From positions 10,940-74,939 of the forward strand of contig VGZT01000005.1 of NCBI GenBank assembly GCA_016872495.1: 64,000 nt of DNA. The letters are read 5' to 3'. Shown piece by piece: positions 28,599 to 37,467 of this stretch. Source of the stretch: SAR202 cluster bacterium (GTDB lineage Bacteria > Chloroflexota > Dehalococcoidia > Lucifugimonadales > Lucifugimonadaceae). Both the position numbers and the translations under genes were made by a program. The notes beneath the pieces were generated by a model. That model saw nothing but the letters and a program-made list of their open reading frames with translations, searched no databases and had not been told where the DNA came from. Position 1 is the stretch's first letter, and each line of letters opens with the position of its first letter.

Positions 28599-28612
28599 CT
28601 AGTGGGCCCTCA

Positions 28613-29116
28613 TCAGTTCTTCTGGTCCTTGAGCCCCTCGCGCAGCACGCCCTCGATCAGGTCACGGTGCGCCTTCTCGTCGAGTGACTTCTTGATCACC
28701 TGCTCGGCCGCGGCAATCGCCAGACCCGCGAACTCCCGCCTGACCTGCTCCACCGCGGCGTCACGCTCCCGGGCGATCTCCGTGCGTGCGCGCTCGACGA
28801 TTTCTTCCGCTTCCTTGCGTGCCCGCTGCTCCTGGTCCAGCCGGAAGCGTCCTGCGGCGTCGCGTGCCTCGGCGATCAGCTTCTGGCCTTCGACGCGCGA
28901 GTTCGCAATCTCCTTCTCGACCTGCTCGGCCGCCGAGGCAGCCGCCTTCTTCGCGTTCTCGGCGGCATCCAGGCTTTCCTGGATCCGGCGAGCGCGCTCG
29001 TCCAGCATCCCCAACACCTTCGGATAAACGAACTTGTAGAGAATGAAGAAGATGACGAGGAAGCTGATCAACTGTGTCAGCAACCCCGGCAGGTTAATGC
29101 CTAGAGCTTCGAACAT
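28613..29116 (-). CDS. atpF: Fo ATP synthase b subunit
   Basis: Single N-terminal TM helix followed by a long charged helix (ERARRIQESLDAAENAKK...). Confidence 0.85.
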   Translation of the reverse strand: MFEALGINLPGLLTQLISFLVIFFILYKFVYPKVLGMLDERARRIQESLDAAENAKKAAASAAEQVEKEIANSRVEGQKLIAEARDAAGRFRLDQEQRARKEAEEIVERARTEIARERDAAVEQVRREFAGLAIAAAEQVIKKSLDEKAHRDLIEGVLREGLKDQKN

Positions 29117-29155
29117 CTTGGTCTACTCCCTGTCGACGCCGGGCGCCGGGGGCAC

Positions 29156-29530
<375 letters not shown>

Positions 29531-30733
29531 CTAGTGGTGACCCTCCGCGCCATGCCCTTCCTCACCATGGCCGACGGTCGCCGAAGTGGCGAACACCAGC
29601 GTAAGCATGGCGAAGATGAACGCCTGAACGAGGCCGACGAACAGCTCCAGTCCCAGGAACGGGATGATCCCGATCAACGGGAACAGGAAGCCCATCGCGA
29701 TGAGCAGGATCTCGCCTGCAAAGATGTTCCCGAATAGACGGAAGGTAAAGCTGATCACGCGCGAGATCTCGCTGACTATCTCGAGCAGTCCGACCGCAAA
29801 GAAGATCGGGCCCTGTTTCAGGTTCACGAACTTCGAGCCGTATCCGCCGACTCCCAGCGACCTGAACCCCCAGTACTGGACGGCGACCATTGCCACGATT
29901 GCGATCGCGAGGGTCGTGTTGAGGTCAGTCGCAGCGCCGCGGAAGACCGGCACCAGTATTCCAACCTCCTTGCCCTTCAGTTCAGGGTGCTTGGCCGGTG
30001 GGTGAACGACCTTCGGATGCTCGATCTCTTCGAGGGTCGGGTGGTGCGGGTCCTCGAACAGGCCTTCGAGCGGAACTTTGGTCCCTTCACCACGCCCGCC
30101 GAAGGGGATGAACCGGAAGCCACCGGAGCCATCGAACACAGTGACCTTGAATTCCGCCTCTTCCTCGGCGGCGTGGATCAGGGCCTTCTCCTTCGCTGCC
30201 CTGGCGGCGGCAAGATCGCCCTCCTTCTCGTACTTCTTGATCTTGGCCTTCTCATCCTTGGAGAGGTGGTGCTCGAGGAACTCCTCTACGGTCTCCACGC
30301 GGCCGACCGTCCCAACGCCCGGAAGGATGTTCAGCCAGTTGGCGATGACAATCGTGATGAAGATGGTGAGAACGAGGGGCAGGAAGCGCCGGCCCTTGTC
30401 GCCGGCCACCCCTTCCACCAGGGTGTTGAAGAACTCGACGATCGATTCGATCAGGGCCTGGAGCCGGCCCGGGACGAGCTTCATCTTGCGGGTGCCCAGC
30501 AGGAAGAGCGCCAGCACGATGATGCCGGCTGCCCACAGGCCGATCATGGAGTTCTTGATGGCGAAACCGGCCACGCTGGTGACGGTTTCGGCCGGGACCG
30601 AGATCAGGGGGATCGGGCTGCTGAAGAAGCCGAGGCCAAAAGCGTCGCCGAGGGCTCCGCCCGCCACTGAGATTAGGCCGACGGCCACGACGACCAGGAT
30701 AATTGCGATTGCCCTGGGACTCTTAAGCACCAA
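29531..30733 (-). CDS. atpB: Fo ATP synthase a subunit with a large loop insertion
   Basis: Conserved helices (ANWLNILPG, TDLNTTLAIA, SFTFRLFGNIFAGE with the essential Arg, LVQAFIFAMLT). 400 aa because of an insertion of about 120 aa (residues about 144-262). His/Gly/Glu-rich C-terminal tail. Confidence 0.85.
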   Translation of the reverse strand: MVLKSPRAIAIILVVVAVGLISVAGGALGDAFGLGFFSSPIPLISVPAETVTSVAGFAIKNSMIGLWAAGIIVLALFLLGTRKMKLVPGRLQALIESIVEFFNTLVEGVAGDKGRRFLPLVLTIFITIVIANWLNILPGVGTVGRVETVEEFLEHHLSKDEKAKIKKYEKEGDLAAARAAKEKALIHAAEEEAEFKVTVFDGSGGFRFIPFGGRGEGTKVPLEGLFEDPHHPTLEEIEHPKVVHPPAKHPELKGKEVGILVPVFRGAATDLNTTLAIAIVAMVAVQYWGFRSLGVGGYGSKFVNLKQGPIFFAVGLLEIVSEISRVISFTFRLFGNIFAGEILLIAMGFLFPLIGIIPFLGLELFVGLVQAFIFAMLTLVFATSATVGHGEEGHGAEGHH

Positions 30734-30738
30734 CCATC

Positions 30739-31029
30739 CTATTCAGCTTTGCCACCGCTGCCGGCGGCATTATCCCCCGCGGCCGTGAACCACCTGAGAA
30801 GTCGCAACATTCCGTAAACCGCGGCGGCCAACCCGACCGCCAGGCCCAGGATCATGAAGACCGGCCGGGTGTCTAGACGAGAGTCCAGCCAGACTCCCGC
30901 CAGTGTTCCCCCCGCAATCGAGATCGCGACGTACCAGCCTACCCCCGCCAGCCTCGCCAGCAGGACGAGGGTCGACGTTTCCGTGTTCTCGCTGCGCCCT
31001 GGCTCTGGCATGCAGCCTCCGCGCCTCAT
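30739..31029 (-). CDS. AtpZ/AtpI-like small membrane protein
   Basis: First gene of the atp operon. Two TM helices (GVGWYVAISIAGGTLAGVWLD..., VFMILGLAVGLAAAVYG). The start could be the downstream Met (MPEPG). Confidence 0.7.
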   Translation of the reverse strand: MRRGGCMPEPGRSENTETSTLVLLARLAGVGWYVAISIAGGTLAGVWLDSRLDTRPVFMILGLAVGLAAAVYGMLRLLRWFTAAGDNAAGSGGKAE

Positions 31030-31062
31030 CCGAGCACGTACGTCACGGCCAGGAAACGACGA

Positions 31063-31080
31063 TTGTGGACTTTATCACAA
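31063..31080. promoter_or_regulatory. Candidate Rex operator overlapping an extended -10 of the atp operon promoter
   Basis: TTGTGGACTTTATCACAA; both halves match TTGTGAA-N4-TTCACAA at 6/7. On the minus strand it reads TTGTGATAAAGTCCACAA and contains TGATAAAGT (TGn + TAAAGT). 34-51 nt upstream of atpZ. Confidence 0.6.
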
Positions 31081-31163
31081 TAGGTTTCCGCCGCAAACCC
31101 CGAACGGTTTTTCGCGGCCACCGGACAGCCTACCTGAACCCGGGCCGCCCCGCCATCGGTCCG

Positions 31164-32417
31164 CTAGAACACCAGGTTTCGGATGCGGCGGCTGGCGACG
31201 AAGACGGCGATCGTGAAGAGCGCCACGGCGGCGGAACCGGTCAGCAGCGCGATGCGGAGGTCGGACGCCGATGCCAGGGCGCCAAGGGCCAGGCCGCCAA
31301 GAGGAAAGGCGCCCCAGGCTACTTCGTAGATGCCGAACACCCGCCCGCGCATGTCGTCGCTGGATGCCAGTTGCAGCGCGGCTACCCCGAGCGAGATGTG
31401 GATCGTGTTGAAGAAGCTGGCCGCGATCGCAGTCGCCAGGGCAAACCAGAGGCTGCCCGAGATCGCAAACGCGGCACACGCCGCCGCAAAGACCAGGTTG
31501 CTCGCGATCAGGCCCGGCCCGGCCCTTCGAATGCCGCCTGAGATCGACAGCCAGGTCGAAGCCGCGAACGCGCCCACGCCAAGCGCGGCGTAGAGCCAGC
31601 TGAGCCCGCGGGCGCCCGTGTCGACCACGTCCTTGGCATAGGCGGGCATGAGGTACACGATGCCGCCCACCAGGAGACCGTTTACCGCGGTGAACACGAT
31701 GTTGATTCCGATCACCTGGTCGCGCCAGACCGCCTTCAACGCTTCGGCGGTGTCGCCCCAGATTGCGTGGGCGCCGTCCCTGGCCACGCTCGGAATCCGG
31801 TGGATGGAGCTGATCATGAGAAGGTTGGCCGCAAACAGCCCCGCGATGAGCCCGTAGGTCGCCGGGCCACCGAGCGACGCGAGCACCATCCCGCCGGCGA
31901 GTGGCGCGACGACCCGCGCCAGGTTGAACATGCCCAGGTCGATTGCGACGCCGCTGACCAGCCGGTCACGCGACACGACCGACGGCACCATCGACTGCCT
32001 CGTCGTCCAGTCGATACCCAGCACGCTGCCGTGGATCACCCCTGCCGCCAGGATATGCCAGGGCTCCAGGGCCCCCGCGACGTAAACGGCGGTCAGGACC
32101 GCCATCGCTGCCAGCATCGCGAGCGAGCCCGCCATCAGCAGGCGGCGACGCGGAAAGCGGTCGTTGAGGAAGCCACCCACGATCGGAGTCACGACCTGCG
32201 GCACGCCGGTCGTGGCGCCGAGCGCGGCCAGGTATGCGGTCGAATCGGTCAGCTGAAAGAGCGTGTAGCCCTGCGCCAGGGTGAGCAGCTGGTAGGCGGT
32301 GCCCCACAAGAACGAACCGGCGACGAACCGGCGGAACTGGCTTTCCGCCAGCGCGCCGGGGAACCTGGCGCGGCGATCTGCCGGGGTGGCCTTGCGATCG
32401 GCGGGCGCGGCATCCAT
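31164..32417 (-). CDS. MFS transporter
   Basis: 417 aa, about 12 TM helices, and a loop 2-3 motif (GGFLNDRFPRRRLL). Confidence 0.85.
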   Translation of the reverse strand: MDAAPADRKATPADRRARFPGALAESQFRRFVAGSFLWGTAYQLLTLAQGYTLFQLTDSTAYLAALGATTGVPQVVTPIVGGFLNDRFPRRRLLMAGSLAMLAAMAVLTAVYVAGALEPWHILAAGVIHGSVLGIDWTTRQSMVPSVVSRDRLVSGVAIDLGMFNLARVVAPLAGGMVLASLGGPATYGLIAGLFAANLLMISSIHRIPSVARDGAHAIWGDTAEALKAVWRDQVIGINIVFTAVNGLLVGGIVYLMPAYAKDVVDTGARGLSWLYAALGVGAFAASTWLSISGGIRRAGPGLIASNLVFAAACAAFAISGSLWFALATAIAASFFNTIHISLGVAALQLASSDDMRGRVFGIYEVAWGAFPLGGLALGALASASDLRIALLTGSAAVALFTIAVFVASRRIRNLVF

Positions 32418-32494
32418 TTCGTCAGATCTCCGGCGCGATACGGCCCCCGGTTGATTCCGAGGGCCGCCTGAATGATATCCGGGAGTGCGTCCGG

Positions 32495-33091
32495 CTACGT
32501 CTTCTTGTCGCCGTCCCCCTTGCCGTCGCCCTTGCCCTCTTCGTGTTCCTTCCGGCCAAGGTCGTCAAGGTCGAGGGAATCGATGAAGTCCTTGAATGCC
32601 GACATCGATTGCAGCTCCTTCTCGTCGACCGGCTTCGGGGGCCGACCTGATGCGTCGACGTCACCGCCGACCACGGCCTTGCCCGACTCCTTGTCGAGCT
32701 GGACGCCCGCCTTCTCGAGTACCGACTCATCAGCAAAGATCGGCACCTTCGCCCTCACCGCCAGCGCCAGCGCATCCGACGGCCGCGAATCGACGTGGAT
32801 CTGCTTCCCGTTGTGGGTCAGGACGATCTTGGCAAAGAAAGTGTCGTGGTCGAGCCCGGACACGATTATGTATTCGAACGACGCGCCGAGATCCAGCGCC
32901 AGTTGCTGAAGCAGATCGTGGGTCAGGGGGCGCGGCACGTTTACTTCCTGGAGCTTCACCGCGATGGCATCTGCCACATCAGGCCCGATCCAGATCGGGA
33001 GATACCGGTCGGCACCCTTCTCTTTGAGGATCACTACGCGCTGATAGTTCAGGAGGCTGACGCGGATGCTGTCGATTACCATCTCCAACAT
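32495..33091 (-). CDS. Bifunctional nuclease (BFN / DUF151) family protein
   Basis: VVILKEKGADRYLPIWIGPDVADAI...RPLTHDLL is the BFN signature. Acidic and Lys-rich C-terminal tail. Confidence 0.8.
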   Translation of the reverse strand: MLEMVIDSIRVSLLNYQRVVILKEKGADRYLPIWIGPDVADAIAVKLQEVNVPRPLTHDLLQQLALDLGASFEYIIVSGLDHDTFFAKIVLTHNGKQIHVDSRPSDALALAVRAKVPIFADESVLEKAGVQLDKESGKAVVGGDVDASGRPPKPVDEKELQSMSAFKDFIDSLDLDDLGRKEHEEGKGDGKGDGDKKT

Positions 33092-33174
33092 CGTAAAAAG
33101 TCACCTCTGTGCCCGCTGGTGCTGCAACCTGCAGCCAAAGCTGGTTCCAGCTTATGCCGCCCCAATAAACAGTG

Positions 33175-33435
33175 TCAACGCGACTCGGGGTTGGCGGGGG
33201 GTGGCCCTTCCGCCGCTGGCCCGTTTCCCTCCTCGACGGTACCGGGCTCGCGTGACTTCATGCGACGCTCCAGTTCCCGCCTGGCGAGGAGGAACCGGCG
33301 GCCGCACGTAAGGCACTTCAGTCCGATATCGGCGCCAATTCGGTAAACCGTCCACTCGCGTCCGCCGCACGGGTGCGGCTTCTTAAGGGTAATACGGTCG
33401 CCTGGTTGAAAAGGAGTCAGCCGGGCGGGCCGCAT
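33175..33435 (-). CDS. DUF951 family protein
   Basis: GDRITLKKPHPCGGREWTVYRIGADIGLKCLTCGR matches the DUF951 pattern. Confidence 0.75.
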   Translation of the reverse strand: MRPARLTPFQPGDRITLKKPHPCGGREWTVYRIGADIGLKCLTCGRRFLLARRELERRMKSREPGTVEEGNGPAAEGPPPANPESR

Positions 33436-33438
33436 CGC

Positions 33439-34296
33439 TCACCTGTCCGCTGGATTCTGCGACGCAAGCGCGGCGCGGATCTCGTCGCGCAGTCGCTCCG
33501 CAGCTTTGCGTGATGCGTCCGGGAACGATTTCGGATCGGACGAGGCGTAGATGATTCCCCGCGACGAACTGACCATGATCCCGCGGCCGTGCCGGTCCGC
33601 GCCAGCCCGCGCCGCTTTCGCAACATCGCCACCCTGGGCGCCGACGCCCGGGATCAGGATCGGCAGGTTCGGATGCGCCGCCCTCAGTTCCCCGAGCTCC
33701 TCGGGATACGTGGCGCCTACGACCAGGCCAATGTTTCCTCGCCCGTTCCACTCTTCGGCAAGGTCGGCCACGTGCTCGAAGAGCCGTTTCCCGGGGACGT
33801 CGGCCCGACTGCTGGAGGCCTGGAGGCGCAGGTCCTGCAGCTCACGCGCGCCCGGATTGGACGTCCGGCAGACAATCAGCACCCCGCGCCCGGGCTGCCC
33901 GAGGAATGGCTCGATCGACTGTCGGCCCAGGTACGCATGAACGGTCACGACGTCGAAGTCCCATAAGTCGAACATCGCCCTGGCATAAGCCTCGGCGGTC
34001 GAGTCGATGTCGCCACGTTTCGCATCGCCAACGACTACGGCATGCGGCGCGACCCTCCGGATGTGCTCGACCGTCCGCTTCAGAGCGTTGAGGCCAGGGA
34101 TCCCCAGGGCCTCGTAAAAGGCTATCTGCGGCTTGAACGCGCAGGCCAGGTCGAGAGTCGCATCGATGATCGCCCGGTTGAACTCGAACACGTCCGGCAC
34201 CGGCATCCGGCGAGGGTCGGGATCAAGGCCAACGCAGACCGACGAGCCGGTCTTCAGCGTCGCAGCATCCAGTTTCTGGGGCCAGGTGGTCGACAT
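33439..34296 (-). CDS. pyrF: Orotidine 5'-phosphate decarboxylase (long, type 2 form)
   Basis: VCVGLDPD, AFKPQIAFYE, VVGDAKRGDIDST, ILIPGVGAQGG. Confidence 0.85.
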   Translation of the reverse strand: MSTTWPQKLDAATLKTGSSVCVGLDPDPRRMPVPDVFEFNRAIIDATLDLACAFKPQIAFYEALGIPGLNALKRTVEHIRRVAPHAVVVGDAKRGDIDSTAEAYARAMFDLWDFDVVTVHAYLGRQSIEPFLGQPGRGVLIVCRTSNPGARELQDLRLQASSSRADVPGKRLFEHVADLAEEWNGRGNIGLVVGATYPEELGELRAAHPNLPILIPGVGAQGGDVAKAARAGADRHGRGIMVSSSRGIIYASSDPKSFPDASRKAAERLRDEIRAALASQNPADR

Positions 34297-34301
34297 GTCA
34301 G

Positions 34302-34756
34302 CTATTCGAACAGTAGCACGCTACGCGCGAGCTCCCCTTTCGCAAGCACCTCAAAGGCTTCGTTTACCTGCTCCACCGGAAATTGCCGGCTGATCAACTC
34401 GTCGAGCTTCAACTGCCCCGCCTTGTACCGGTTGATTGGCCCCGGGAACTCGATGTGCGGCCTGGCGGCGCCGTACTTCGAGTCGATGATCGTCTTCTCC
34501 TGCATGAGGTCGCGGGCGTCCAGGGTAACCGGCGTGGTGACCTGTAGGCCAACCGACTCAACGATCCCGGCTCCCTCGTGGCCCAGGAAGGCGGGCAATG
34601 CGTGGTGGCTCCGCTCCCCTCTCACCACGTGCCAGTCGGAGTGGCGCGCGCCGCTGGCCATCATCTTGACAGGACCTTGCCCGGGCCGGGCTCAGCCAGA
34701 TCGAATTGTTCGATCTGCAGCGGCGCCTTTGCCTGGTGCAGGACCGCGGTTTCCAT
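34302..34756 (-). pseudogene. Decayed zinc-type alcohol dehydrogenase (frameshift plus internal deletion)
   Basis: The frame from ATG 34756 gives METAVLHQAKAPLQIEQFDLAEPGPGKVL, then a 1-nt frameshift near 34670. The next frame continues VKMMASGARHSDWHVV...FLGHEGAGIVESVG, then jumps straight to the C-terminal TLDARDL...LKLDELISRQFPVEQVNEAFEVLAKGELARSVLLFE. About 200 aa (the Rossmann domain) are missing. The Zn-ligand Cys in CHSD is replaced by Arg. Confidence 0.7.
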
Positions 34757-34848
34757 CTGCGGCTTCTCCCTGAGCTCGTGACCACTGGGCCGGCAACTAT
34801 ACCCCCGCACCAGCCAGCGCCAGCATGGGCTGGCAGGGCGATGCGGCT

Positions 34849-35937
34849 TCAGCTCTCCACCACGCCGATGCTCGTGGACTTGAACACCATGAACACGTCG
34901 ACGCCGGCGGCCAGTCCCAGTTCACCTACCGCCGCTGCTGTCACTTCGGAAATCACGTGCGTACCGATGTCGACGGTCACGTAGGCGCTTCCGTCGACGG
35001 ACCACACCTCCAGGATCCTGCCCGGCAGAATGTTCCGGGCGCTCATCCGCACCGGGCGCTCCCTGGCAAGGATGATCTCGGCAGCGCCGACGTATACCGA
35101 CACTGCGCTGCCCGGAGTTGCGTCCAGGGGCGCAGTCACGAATTCTGCGTTTCCGACCGTCACCCTGCCCGGACGGTTGTCCCCGCCGGAGTCGGCCACG
35201 GTTCCTTCAAGCACGTTCTCCAGTACGCCGCCCTCGCTGCGCATGCCGGCGACCGCCTCCAGGGCGACCTTCGATGGCTTGCCCTGCGCCGTGACCCGGC
35301 CACCAGCGAGCACGATCGCGTCGTCGGCAAGGGCCAGGACGGAGGTCACATCGTGCGATACGTACAGCATCGGGATGCCGAGCTCGGCCCGCACTCTGCG
35401 CAGGTGGCTCATGACAACGCCTCCCATGCGCAGGTCGAGCCCCGCGAGAGGTTCGTCAAGAAGCAGCAGGTTGGGAGAAGTAGCCAGCGCCCGGGCGATT
35501 CCAACCCGCCGCTGTTCTCCCCCGGAAAGGGAGCCGGGACGGCGGTCCACGACGTGCCCGATCCCGAGAAGCTGGATCAGGTCCCCGGGGTCGAAGCGCC
35601 TTTCCGACGGCGGTGTGATCCGATACCCGTAGAGGATGTTCTCGCGCCCGGTCAGGTGCGGGAAGAGCGCCCCGTCCTGGAAGACGTATCCGATGCGTCG
35701 GCGCTCCGGTGACAGGTTTATGCCCTCCTCCGACGAAAAAAGCACACGCCCGCCAAGCGCGATTCGTCCCCGCGTCGGCCGCGCGAGCCCCGCGACGCAG
35801 TTCAGGGTGGTCGTCTTCCCGCTGCCCGACGGGCCAAAGATCGCGGTGATGCCCGGTCCGCACTTGATCGAGACGTCCAGGGTGAACCCGGAGTACGCGC
35901 GCTGGAGAGCAAGCTCCAGCGCGGGCGCCGCGCTCAC
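34849..35937 (-). CDS. modC: Molybdate ABC transporter ATP-binding protein with C-terminal TOBE/Mop domain
   Basis: Walker A GPSGSGKT, LSGGEQRRV, LLLDEP. A C-terminal TOBE-like region of about 120 aa. Follows modA-modB. Confidence 0.85.
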   Translation of the reverse strand: MSAAPALELALQRAYSGFTLDVSIKCGPGITAIFGPSGSGKTTTLNCVAGLARPTRGRIALGGRVLFSSEEGINLSPERRRIGYVFQDGALFPHLTGRENILYGYRITPPSERRFDPGDLIQLLGIGHVVDRRPGSLSGGEQRRVGIARALATSPNLLLLDEPLAGLDLRMGGVVMSHLRRVRAELGIPMLYVSHDVTSVLALADDAIVLAGGRVTAQGKPSKVALEAVAGMRSEGGVLENVLEGTVADSGGDNRPGRVTVGNAEFVTAPLDATPGSAVSVYVGAAEIILARERPVRMSARNILPGRILEVWSVDGSAYVTVDIGTHVISEVTAAAVGELGLAAGVDVFMVFKSTSIGVVES

Positions 35938-36632
35938 CTTGGCCCCCTTGCTTCGCCAGCCGATTCGCCGGTCCGCACGCGGCCAACAAGGTAGTTGTGG
36001 ACCAGGATCGAAAGCGCGGCCAGTACGACCGCAACTACGACCAGCTGGAGGGCTGCGCCGTCCCGCCCGGCCGATATCCGGGAGAAGATGGCGAGCGGAA
36101 TCGTCTGAGTCTGGCCGGGTATATTGCCCGCGATCATGATCGTGGCGCCAAATTCGGATAGCGCACGCACAAAGGCCAACAACGTCCCGGCGAGGATACC
36201 CCGGTAGGCCAGCGGCAGCGTGATGGTCGCGAACACCCTGAGAGGCCTGGCGCCCAGGCTGCGGGCGGCGGACTCCAGGCGCGTGTCGACACCCGATATG
36301 GCCACCATGTACGCCCTGACAGCCAGCGGGAACGCCAGGATCGCCGAGGCGAGCACGGCGCCCAGCCAGGTGAACGCGACGCTGACGCCGAGCGTGTCCT
36401 CGAGGAAGCGGCCGACCGGTGAGCGCTGGCCGAAAACGGAAAGAAGCGCGTAGCCGATCACGACCGGCGTGACGGCCAGGGGCAGCGAAACAAGCAGGTC
36501 AAGGATGAAGAGCCCGGGCATCCGCTTGCGGACGAGCACCCATGCGACCACGAGACCGACCGGCACCACCAGGGCAGTGGCTACCAGCGACACCCGTAAG
36601 GAGAGCAGGATCACCGACCAGTCGGAGATCAA
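35934..36632 (-). CDS. modB: Molybdate ABC transporter permease
   Basis: EAA-loop ESAARSLGARPLRVFATITLP, about 5 TM helices. Start and stop overlap the neighbouring genes. Confidence 0.88.
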   Translation of the reverse strand: MISDWSVILLSLRVSLVATALVVPVGLVVAWVLVRKRMPGLFILDLLVSLPLAVTPVVIGYALLSVFGQRSPVGRFLEDTLGVSVAFTWLGAVLASAILAFPLAVRAYMVAISGVDTRLESAARSLGARPLRVFATITLPLAYRGILAGTLLAFVRALSEFGATIMIAGNIPGQTQTIPLAIFSRISAGRDGAALQLVVVAVVLAALSILVHNYLVGRVRTGESAGEARGPR

Positions 36633-37408
36633 CGCATCGCCGCCAGCCGGGTGAATCCGTGGCTGCGGAAAGTCGCGCTCGCTCTCTCCGACTTCAGATA
36701 CTCCATGAACCGGTGAGCGCCATCCAGATCGCGTGCACCGTTCAGTACCGCGGCCGGGTACACGATCTCCGGATAGGTTTCTGGGGGGATCGTGCCGGCC
36801 ACTCTTATGTTCTCGACCCCGATCGCGTCGGTGGTGTAGACCACCGCGGCATCAGCGGTGCCGAGCGAGACCGATGCGGTCGCAGCTCGCACGTCCAGCG
36901 ATCGGACCAGCCGCCCCTGCACGCGCTCGAGCACACCCGCGGATTGCAGAGCCGCGATGGCGTACTCGCCCGCCGGCGCCAGGTCCGGATCGGCGATCGC
37001 GATCTTGCCTTCGAAGCGCTCAGCGAGGTCGGCCAGGCTCGTCACGTTTCCCCCGTAGGTATCCCGCACGACGATGATCAATGAATTGGACAGCAGGTTA
37101 ATCCGCGAGCCCGGTTCCAGGAATCCGGCGCGCTCCAGCTCATCCATGGGCCGCTGGCCGGCAAAGACCACGATTTCGGATGGAACGCCCCTCCGAACCT
37201 GAACCGCGAGGGCCCCCGATGGCCCCTCGCTGATCTCCACCGCCCCGCCTTGCGCGCGGTAATCAATCGCTAACTCGCGCATGACGTCACCGAGGGACGC
37301 CGCGGCCAGCACCCGGACCGGCGGTCCGTCGGCCACCCGGTCGGGGCCACAGCTGAGACAGGCGATCAGTAACAGGGCGGCAATCGCCGCGAGCGAATGC
37401 CTGGTCAC
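36629..37408 (-). CDS. modA: Molybdate-binding periplasmic lipoprotein
   Basis: Lipobox IACLSCG. VLAAASL...FEGKIAIADPDLAPAGEYA typical of ModA. Confidence 0.85.
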   Translation of the reverse strand: MTRHSLAAIAALLLIACLSCGPDRVADGPPVRVLAAASLGDVMRELAIDYRAQGGAVEISEGPSGALAVQVRRGVPSEIVVFAGQRPMDELERAGFLEPGSRINLLSNSLIIVVRDTYGGNVTSLADLAERFEGKIAIADPDLAPAGEYAIAALQSAGVLERVQGRLVRSLDVRAATASVSLGTADAAVVYTTDAIGVENIRVAGTIPPETYPEIVYPAAVLNGARDLDGAHRFMEYLKSERASATFRSHGFTRLAAMR

Positions 37409-37443
37409 GTCGAGTCCCGCACGCTGTCGCCCCGCCTGTTCTC

Positions 37444-37461
37444 ATATCCAGTGTCGGATAT
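37444..37461. promoter_or_regulatory. Palindrome ATATCC-N6-GGATAT upstream of modA (candidate operator)
   Basis: Perfect 6-bp arms, 36-53 nt upstream of the modA start in an AT-rich divergent spacer. Only a loose resemblance to TATAT-containing ModE-type boxes. Confidence 0.25.
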
Positions 37462-37467
37462 ATTGAC

